Shown here in pieces: positions 26,950 to 32,000 of a DNA stretch of 32,000 bases. The DNA comes from Pseudomonas nitroreducens. Lineage in GTDB: Bacteria > Pseudomonadota > Gammaproteobacteria > Pseudomonadales > Pseudomonadaceae. The notes below the pieces were generated by a model. It worked only from the letters and a program-made list of their open reading frames with translations, ran no database searches and was not told the origin of the DNA. A program made the translations under genes and the position numbers. The stretch spans positions 44,454 through 76,453 of the forward strand of contig NZ_JACHLI010000035.1 in assembly GCF_014204515.1 (NCBI RefSeq). The letters run 5' to 3'. The first letter of the stretch is position 1, and each line of letters begins with the position of its first letter.

Positions 26950-27214
26950 CGTCGTAATCCCCCTGGCAGAAGATCGACTTGCCCTTGTCGAGGTCGCGGC
27001 GGATTTTGTGGAGGTTGATGACGCGGCGGCGGCCAATCTTGGCGGTCGGCACGGTCCGGGTTTCGACCCAACCGCGCACCACGTCTTCCGTGATGTCCTC
27101 AAGGCCCAGCATCTGGGCGAATACCGCTTGGGAGCAGAACGGCGCAGTTCGGAAGTCAGTAACCTTTTCGACAGCTCCCGTGACCGTGAACCCCACTATT
27201 CCAGAATCTTCCAT
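26942..27214 (-). CDS. Excisionase / early activator (XisF-like, PA0718 position)
   Basis: 90 aa. First gene of the leftward phage operon, divergent from the repressor, with SD AGGGAG. Contains an HTH-like segment (CSQAVFAQMLGLEDITEDVVRGWV). The call is by position and by resemblance to my memory of Pf4 XisF4. Confidence 0.65.
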   Translation of the reverse strand: MEDSGIVGFTVTGAVEKVTDFRTAPFCSQAVFAQMLGLEDITEDVVRGWVETRTVPTAKIGRRRVINLHKIRRDLDKGKSIFCQGDYDDE

Positions 27215-27334
27215 ACGAACTCCCTATAATCGGGCCGGACGTTCCCAGCGCTTAGCTGGAGTAAAATTTACGCATGAGTAAAGGCTACCCCCGCAAATTG
27301 CGTGCGTAAAGGTTACTCTCCGTGAGAAAAGTCG
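27215..27334. promoter_or_regulatory. Pf lysogeny switch region (divergent xis / repressor promoters with repeated operator-like motifs)
   Basis: Three GTAAA-N-TAC type sites: 27261-27271 GTAAAaTTTAC (a perfect 5-1-5 palindrome), 27278-27288 GTAAAGGCTAC and 27306-27316 GTAAAGGTTAC. Also a GCAAaTTGC palindrome at 27293-27301 and a perfect TATAAT on the plus strand at 27225-27230. Confidence 0.55.
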
Positions 27335-27604
27335 ATGGATTCTGTAAGAAATAGAGCGCTTCAACTGATCCGAACGCTTGGTCCTAAGCACCTCAGTGAG
27401 CTTGGCGGGAAGAACTACGATCGCTGGAGAAATATCAGTAGCGGCAAGATCAGGATTAGTACTGAGGAAGTCGGCATCTTGGCGGACGCATATCCTCATT
27501 ACGCGCTTTGGCTGATATCGGGACGGACAGAACCCGAGAATGGGCACCGAAGCCCGGAGTATGACGAAGCTGATCGAAACTTGGCCGGACACGACGCGGG
27601 ATAG
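27335..27604 (+). CDS. Pf repressor C (Pf4r/PA0717-like immunity repressor)
   Basis: 89 aa, divergent from xis. The pattern ...STEEVGILADAYPHYALWLISGRTEPENGHRSPEYDEA... resembles the Pf4r family as I recall it. Confidence 0.7.
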   Translation: MDSVRNRALQLIRTLGPKHLSELGGKNYDRWRNISSGKIRISTEEVGILADAYPHYALWLISGRTEPENGHRSPEYDEADRNLAGHDAG

Positions 27605-27761
27605 AGATTACTCAGACGGTAGCTAGGCGCTGGTACGCCCGAGAGAAATCCGCCAGGAAGGAATGAAGCAGAAACACAGGCCACGCCTGCCACAGCTAGT
27701 AAGACGGTGAAGCGCATGACCAGGGAATAGGCGCCGCTTTCCGAACTTCAGTCTTTTCCGA

Positions 27762-27789
27762 TTGACGCTGGATGCCACGGGCATATGGT
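27762..27789 (+). promoter_or_regulatory. Candidate sigma70 promoter for the small secreted-protein gene
   Basis: TTGACG (27762-27767), a 16-bp spacer, then TATGGT (27784-27789), about 60 nt upstream of the ATG at 27849. Confidence 0.3.
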
Positions 27790-27848
27790 CTGGCTAAGCC
27801 CCTATTTGCTAGGCCCAATCAACCTACAGCTACAAGGACGTGAATCAG

Positions 27849-28181
27849 ATGAAAACCATACTGACCAGCCTTGCCATCCTGAGCTGCACCACCCTCGCAT
27901 CCGCTGAAGAGAAAACCGCCCTAGCCGAAGCCGCCGAGGCGATGAAACCCATCATCGAAATCCCTGCGGACTACCTCCAGAAAAGCATCATGCAAAGCCT
28001 TGCCGGTGGTAAAGGACCACTAGCGGAAGGGGCCAGGCGAAACCTTACGATGCAGGCTCAACGCGACAGAGAAGCCTATAGAGGCGTGCGCAGACCCATG
28101 AGGGAGTGCATAAAGCCCGACAACGTCATTGATGATGACGTGAAGGAGTGCACAGAAGGAACTCGCGAGAAAACTTGGTGA
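27849..28181 (+). CDS. Small secreted (possibly lipo-) protein of unknown function
   Basis: 110 aa from the ATG at 27849 (SD aagga). The track starts at the GTG at 27840. Signal peptide MKTILTSLAILSCTTLASA, then a charged helical region and a CxxxxxxxxxxxxC pair near the C-terminus. Confidence 0.6.
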   Translation: MKTILTSLAILSCTTLASAEEKTALAEAAEAMKPIIEIPADYLQKSIMQSLAGGKGPLAEGARRNLTMQAQRDREAYRGVRRPMRECIKPDNVIDDDVKECTEGTREKTW

Positions 28182-28187
28182 GCATTC

Positions 28188-28211
28188 GGGTGAATCCGTT
28201 CACCCCTTTCC
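28188..28211 (+). terminator. Hairpin terminator after the secreted-protein gene (convergent with the three-gene operon)
   Basis: gggtgaa-tccg-ttcaccc followed by ctttcc. Confidence 0.5.
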
Positions 28212-28217
28212 ATTAGT

Positions 28218-29363
28218 TTACCGCACAGCCTCACGAACTTTCCGCGCGGCAACTTTACTTTCAAACTCAAGAACCTCTAGAGCCACAGCCTCAATATGAT
28301 GGTTTGTATCAAAGGCAATCCAGTCAGAAGAATTCCCTTTTATTTCCCCATGACTGCATCTCAGAATCTGCGCATCCCCCCAACTAAGGCCAGGCATATA
28401 GTGGCCAGAATCAATAATAGTTTGAGCAAGATCATAGTACTGAGCGCCTTTCAAGCCTTCCTTGATAGGATATCCTCGAGCTATAAAGTATTCCTTTTCG
28501 ATTGTATACCTAATCTTTCCGTTGGTACTTGAAGGGCCCCCAACGTCATTCGAATTAGGCCCGCGAATCCCGTAATCGGAGAAAACAACTGCTCTCGGAC
28601 CGACCTCATTCAAAACCAAGTCTCGCCATACCAACATTTCTTTACGGAGCACTAAGCCCGTTGAATTCTGTTCTTTTACAGCATCTGAAATAAAAGCGGG
28701 CAACGAGCAACCAGAAACACTTATATCAATAAATCCCGCACGACGAAGAAGAGGAATAGCCTTTCCGGCAACTTCGAGAGTAGCTGGGACTGTATGTCGC
28801 TGCGAAGACAAATCTCCGAAATCAACCATGATCCGAGTTAGCCCCGGGTCTAGGGCAAGCACATCGCAAATCTCCTCCAATCTTGCGAAGAAAACATCTT
28901 CCTCAGACATCTCCTCTATCGTATCGCGATCAATTGGGAAACGAACAATGAACTCTCGCCCAGACTCTAACCGCATACCCTGCAACGCGTTGACATAGAC
29001 CGGGTCGTCCCAGCGTACTATATCAACTACTGGACTTACCTTTACCCCCATAGACTCGAGCTGATTCCTCATAAAAGGAATAACGTGCTCACCACCCTCT
29101 GTTTGTGCATTGGTAGCCCAACGAGGTAAATCCAAGTATACAGACCGACCTTTACACGCTCGCGACATCTCAAACGTGATGGAATTAAGGAATGACTCCA
29201 CAGGAGGAGAATGCCGCTCCAGCAATTCCATCCGACGTTTATCACTAAGCGGAGGCACATCAAACCACGGCTGTATAGCTCTCAACGCTCTATCCGAAAG
29301 CAAAGACACCGCTCTCAGTTCCCCTTCCTTCGCTTTCAGAATCGGAATGTATCTCGCGCTCAT
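28218..29363 (-). CDS. Beta-family protein (Pfam Beta_protein-like, named after satellite phage P4 beta as I recall); third gene of the operon
   Basis: 381 aa. The N-terminal MSARYIPILKAKEGELRAV matches the Y-x-P-I-L-K-x-K-x-G-E signature I associate with this family. The ATG (29361-29363) directly abuts the upstream TAA (29364-29366). About 42% GC. Confidence 0.6.
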   Translation of the reverse strand: MSARYIPILKAKEGELRAVSLLSDRALRAIQPWFDVPPLSDKRRMELLERHSPPVESFLNSITFEMSRACKGRSVYLDLPRWATNAQTEGGEHVIPFMRNQLESMGVKVSPVVDIVRWDDPVYVNALQGMRLESGREFIVRFPIDRDTIEEMSEEDVFFARLEEICDVLALDPGLTRIMVDFGDLSSQRHTVPATLEVAGKAIPLLRRAGFIDISVSGCSLPAFISDAVKEQNSTGLVLRKEMLVWRDLVLNEVGPRAVVFSDYGIRGPNSNDVGGPSSTNGKIRYTIEKEYFIARGYPIKEGLKGAQYYDLAQTIIDSGHYMPGLSWGDAQILRCSHGEIKGNSSDWIAFDTNHHIEAVALEVLEFESKVAARKVREAVR

Positions 29364-30575
29364 TTATACACCCTCAGGAGTATCTAGAAATAGCTTCCTC
29401 ACTTCACCGCGCCCAAGCATATCCGTAAAAATCTGATAATTTTCACTTTCCCTTTGAATTCTTCCAACAATAATAGAAGGATGAATTCTTAGCTCTCGAG
29501 ACAATTTGTCAATATTTTCTCGAGTTGGCGACAGCGAAACCTCGCTTCTCTTCCAAGAAACCCTAGGAATAAAAGCTTCTCGTGCCAACCTATTAGCCTC
29601 GGCCTCCCGACCATCATCAGACGAAGCGTCTAGGTCATCTAAAAACGTCTCTTCTCTTCCAATATGTTTCCAAATATGGGCAACTTCATGAAGAAGAGTG
29701 AACCAGAAATTATCTAAACGGTCATGTCTCAAAGTCAACGCAACAACCGGTGTTCCATCAGCATCCTTCAATGATGCTCCGTCCAGCATGGTCCCTTTTA
29801 AATGCGGCTCTACCACTACCACAATTCCATTTTTCTCTAAAAACTCTACAGCCAAGACAGGTCCATGCTCCGACCAACTCAACTGGGCCAGATCGCGCAA
29901 AAACGAACTAGATAGCGTACGTTCATCAAAAACACCTACGCGACCTTTTTTTTCCCTTGCCTTCTGAATGACTCGAACCAGCCATGCATAGAGGGCGTAT
30001 TTTGTTGCCGGTGAATATGCATCCCCCAGCGGCGCTCGTTTAAATGCGGCCCCTCCAACACCCCAGCCAATCTGGGAAATAAAGTCCCTTACCGTTTCCT
30101 CGGTAGTTCGCGTAGCTTTTCCAACAATTTTTTGAATCCAACCTCTCGCAACCATTTCTTTGACTGGAAACTTAGTCCAATCAACGTCCTCTTTAGAGGA
30201 AGAATTTTCCGGCACTGAGACACCAACTAGAGTCTCAGCAGAAATCCCAAGCCCAACCGCCAAAGCCCTAATCATTGGAACTGTCAGAGGCCGCTTTCTT
30301 CCTAAAACCTCAGACACTCTACTTCTAGTACCAAAATAAGGAATCAAATCAGCTTGTTTATAACCTTTTTCCTGCATCCTAAATAGAATTGCATCGATCG
30401 GATCAGGAGCCTCTACTGGATGCTTCTTATCTTCGTATGCTTCCACTAGCACAGTAAGCAATTCAAGACGATCACTTTCTAGAGATCCTGGAGCAGGCTC
30501 TAACTCTATTAGCCTGCCAATCTCTTCGAGGTAAGCCGAATGCTGTTCCTCTGTTCGTATGACCTTAGTGTCCAT
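29364..30575 (-). CDS. Fusion protein: HigA-type XRE helix-turn-helix antitoxin domain + ImmA/IrrE (M78, COG2856) zinc metalloprotease domain
   Basis: 403 aa. Residues ~1-115 resemble E. coli K-12 HigA (YgjM)-type antitoxins, including GTRSRVSEVLGRKRPLTVPMIRALAVGLGISAETL. Residues ~240-340 carry FWFTLLHEVAHIWKH (HEVAH at 29676-29690, verified on the DNA) and EAEANRLAREAFIP, the HExxH...ExxANxFA..P pattern of ImmA/IrrE peptidases. Confidence 0.75.
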   Translation of the reverse strand: MDTKVIRTEEQHSAYLEEIGRLIELEPAPGSLESDRLELLTVLVEAYEDKKHPVEAPDPIDAILFRMQEKGYKQADLIPYFGTRSRVSEVLGRKRPLTVPMIRALAVGLGISAETLVGVSVPENSSSKEDVDWTKFPVKEMVARGWIQKIVGKATRTTEETVRDFISQIGWGVGGAAFKRAPLGDAYSPATKYALYAWLVRVIQKAREKKGRVGVFDERTLSSSFLRDLAQLSWSEHGPVLAVEFLEKNGIVVVVEPHLKGTMLDGASLKDADGTPVVALTLRHDRLDNFWFTLLHEVAHIWKHIGREETFLDDLDASSDDGREAEANRLAREAFIPRVSWKRSEVSLSPTRENIDKLSRELRIHPSIIVGRIQRESENYQIFTDMLGRGEVRKLFLDTPEGV

Positions 30576-30843
30576 TGCTTTCTTCTATAGTTATCAACGT
30601 CGTAATCAACGCCACTCGTTGAGGAAACGCTACGCGCACCTCAATCATGTAGTTTCCCGTCACGACACAAAATCTAAAAATCCCAGACGCGATCTGTTGC
30701 GCCTTCGGAAATTGGGCCAGCAAATCGGCAGAATCGTTCCACGATGCGTGAATCACTTCTGAAACCCAGCTGACAATCCATTTATCTAGTCCCTTGTCAC
30801 GCCCCTTAAGCGGCCCGAGCTTGTCTCTTCCCAGCAGATGCAT
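30565..30843 (-). CDS. HigB-type (HigB_toxin / E. coli YgjN-like) RelE-superfamily mRNA interferase toxin
   Basis: 92 aa. MHLLGRDKL...LLAQFPKAQQI...FCVVTGNYMIEVRVAF parallels E. coli K-12 HigB (MHLITQKAL...LKAVFPSLD...FNVGGNELRVVAMVFF) as I remember it. 11-nt overlap with the downstream HTH gene. Toxin-first order is typical of hig loci. Confidence 0.7.
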   Translation of the reverse strand: MHLLGRDKLGPLKGRDKGLDKWIVSWVSEVIHASWNDSADLLAQFPKAQQIASGIFRFCVVTGNYMIEVRVAFPQRVALITTLITIEESNGH

Positions 30844-30852
30844 AGCTTAAAT

Positions 30853-30865
30853 TCCCAATTTGGGA
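30853..30865. promoter_or_regulatory. Operator-like palindrome O1 (TCCCAAtTTGGGA), overlapping the predicted transcription start and leader
   Basis: Perfect 6-1-6 inverted repeat. It is part of a 17-bp direct repeat, aaattcccaatttggga, shared with O2. Confidence 0.6.
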
Positions 30866-30867
30866 TC

Positions 30868-30896
30868 AAATTACGCCGTCACGACTGAACAGTCAA
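30868..30896 (-). promoter_or_regulatory. Near-consensus sigma70 promoter of the higB-like operon
   Basis: On the minus strand: TTGACT (complement of 30891-30896), exactly 17 bp, then TAATTT (complement of 30868-30873). The ATG at 30843 lies 25 nt downstream of the -10. Confidence 0.65.
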
Positions 30897-30903
30897 CAAA
30901 AAT

Positions 30904-30916
30904 TCCCAATTTGGGA
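30904..30916. promoter_or_regulatory. Operator-like palindrome O2 (TCCCAAtTTGGGA), just upstream of the -35
   Basis: Identical 13-bp palindrome, 51 bp (about 5 helical turns) from O1. Together the two bracket the -35/-10 hexamers. Confidence 0.6.
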
Positions 30917-31223
30917 ACAACGGCAATCCTTTACCATGGCTTATAGCCACTATACCCTCACGATGAGAAGGGCTAAGACGAGCACAAAAGTTGATTTGCG
31001 CAGCAGAGATAAGGTGAACTGCTCATCGAAATAGTTGTCTGGGGAGAGCACTGCAGGTGGCCATTTACCGCAGAAAATGGCTTCGACAGGTTCAAAAACA
31101 CCCAGCGGTATGCCAACAGGGAGGAGCCGCAGCATCCGGCATAGCCTAGAAGCTCTGCTGTCCCTATCGACGCATAAACGCGCCAGTCCAAAAGACCCGA
31201 AATATGGTGCTCTATTTGAGAAA

Positions 31224-32000
31224 TCACCCCATCGGGCTAAATGAGCTTTCAGCGGTGCAATATCGCTCCTTCATCTGGTAGCTCCAATCCGAGCGATCTT
31301 TGCCAGCACGAGCAGTCCAAGCGCGGCATTGCTCACGAAAATGCACCTTGGCTCCTTTTCGGCACTCACGATACTCAACGGAACCCCAGCCTTGGTTCCG
31401 GCAGACAGAGCCGCCATCAATAACGTTGTTAATAGCAACCCACTCAGCCAGATAGCTGCTTCCGCCATCCCAGCTCTTTATCCACTGCGAATTGCGCTCC
31501 TGGGTGTGATTTTGAGTTCTACCCTGCCGAGCTATCCGCCGATCCCGCTCAGCCTGAAACCGCGCTAAGTATTCTTGGGAAACCATGCCTTGAGGCTCAG
31601 CAGGCTTCTGCGAAGCGCGGGCCCGCGGTAGCTCGCCACCGTTTTGGCAACGAATCACTTCTTCATCAATGGCATTACGGCCATGCAGGCAATCGCGCAG
31701 TGTGCGTCGGCTGGAGGCTTCTGGGGCAGTTTGGCGATGGGCCACTTCAGGAGGAGGTGCCGGAAGAGTCCGAGGGTCTTCGGCGATCGGAATACTTTCT
31801 TCGACGGGCTCGGAAGCCAACAGTCGATCTACAAGTGATCGGAGCGATGGCCAAGTAAGAGCGAGAACCGCAAGGAGCACCATGCCGCCAAGCAAGTGCA
31901 GAGCGTTCCAACGGAAAGTCCTGGGACGCTTTCGAGCCCTTCCCTCTCGTTGACGCTCGCTACTTTCGCGGCGCATCCATTCACGGTCATCCAGTCCCAT
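31224..32000 (-). CDS. Hypothetical single-pass membrane protein with a Cys-containing C-terminal domain
   Basis: 258 aa. The ATG sits exactly at the window edge (31998-32000), so the true start could be further upstream. It has a basic N-terminus (MGLDDREWMRRESSERQREGRARKR), one TM helix (ALHLLGGMVLLAVLALTW), a Pro-rich linker, and a C-terminal ~100 aa with four Cys. About 55% GC, lower than the core genome. Confidence 0.55.
   Translation of the reverse strand: MGLDDREWMRRESSERQREGRARKRPRTFRWNALHLLGGMVLLAVLALTWPSLRSLVDRLLASEPVEESIPIAEDPRTLPAPPPEVAHRQTAPEASSRRTLRDCLHGRNAIDEEVIRCQNGGELPRARASQKPAEPQGMVSQEYLARFQAERDRRIARQGRTQNHTQERNSQWIKSWDGGSSYLAEWVAINNVIDGGSVCRNQGWGSVEYRECRKGAKVHFREQCRAWTARAGKDRSDWSYQMKERYCTAESSFSPMG

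Larger units (their letters stand above)
19249..27604 (-). mobile_element. Pf1/Pf4-like filamentous (Inovirus) prophage, core gene set from integrase to repressor
   Basis: Gene order int, rep, zot, g6-like, coaA, coaB, small ORFs, ssb, small ORFs, xis, then a divergent repressor matches Pf4 PA0728 to PA0717 as I recall. CoaB and the ssDNA-binding protein are very close to my memory of the Pf1/Pf4 sequences. True att ends were not identified. Confidence 0.9.
14123..32000. mobile_element. Composite tRNA-Met-associated accessory region (Rhs locus + Pf prophage + low-GC cargo); right boundary not in the window
   Basis: An abrupt compositional break occurs directly after the tRNA 3' end. All genes to the right are accessory types: Rhs, integrase, filamentous phage, and TA/defence-like genes. 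GC content is heterogeneous, judged by eye at roughly 40-65%. No convincing attR copy of the tRNA 3' end was found. Confidence 0.7.

Noticed and set aside
27499-27717. 72-aa minus-strand ORF with a signal-peptide-like N-terminus, overlapping the 3' end of the repressor gene
   Set aside because: About half of it is antisense to the repressor CDS. It has no SD, and its composition is odd after the first 20 aa. It is probably spurious, although a small antisense-encoded peptide cannot be excluded.
30950-31244. Small ORFs in the gap right of the operon promoter: 30950-31135 (-), 30973-31227 (-, GTG overlapping the upstream stop) and 31035-31244 (+)
   Set aside because: They mutually overlap, lack convincing SDs, and have Ser/Cys- or Ser/Gly/Lys-rich translations that do not look protein-like. 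I left the region unannotated and only flagged it as gene-poor.

Overview
High-GC (~65%) Pseudomonas chromosome. Bases 1-14122 are a conserved housekeeping block. As far as I recall it is syntenic with P. aeruginosa PAO1 PA4660-PA4673.1: phrB, pagL, murI-moeB-prmC-prfA-hemA on the minus strand, then TPR lipoprotein, lolB, ispE, two identical tRNA-Gln, prs, rplY, pth, ychF and tRNA-Met. Some proteins, such as PagL, look diverged from my memory of PAO1, so this is probably a relative of P. aeruginosa rather than PAO1 itself. From the 3' end of tRNA-Met (14123) to the window end lies a composite accessory region with three parts. (i) 14.1-19.2 kb is a compositionally mosaic Rhs/YD-repeat toxin locus. 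It is split into two adjacent ORFs, each with a Sec signal, ends in a short AT-rich C-terminal tip, and is followed by a TPR candidate immunity gene. (ii) 19.25-27.6 kb is an apparently complete Pf1/Pf4-like filamentous prophage on the minus strand: integrase, replication initiator, Zot/pI, minor coats, CoaA, CoaB, ssDNA-binding protein, excisionase, and a divergent Pf4r-like repressor. Several of its small ORFs fall below the ORF-track cutoff. (iii) 27.6-32.0 kb is lower-GC cargo just beyond the phage repressor. My top candidate for an undescribed system is in this cargo: a tightly coupled ~40-45% GC three-gene operon at 28218-30843 (minus strand). It encodes a HigB-type toxin, a HigA-like HTH fused to an ImmA/IrrE HExxH metalloprotease, and a Beta-family protein resembling P4 gop-beta-cII. 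It is driven by a near-consensus sigma70 promoter bracketed by two identical 13-bp palindromes. All family assignments come from reading the translations by eye. No searches were run.
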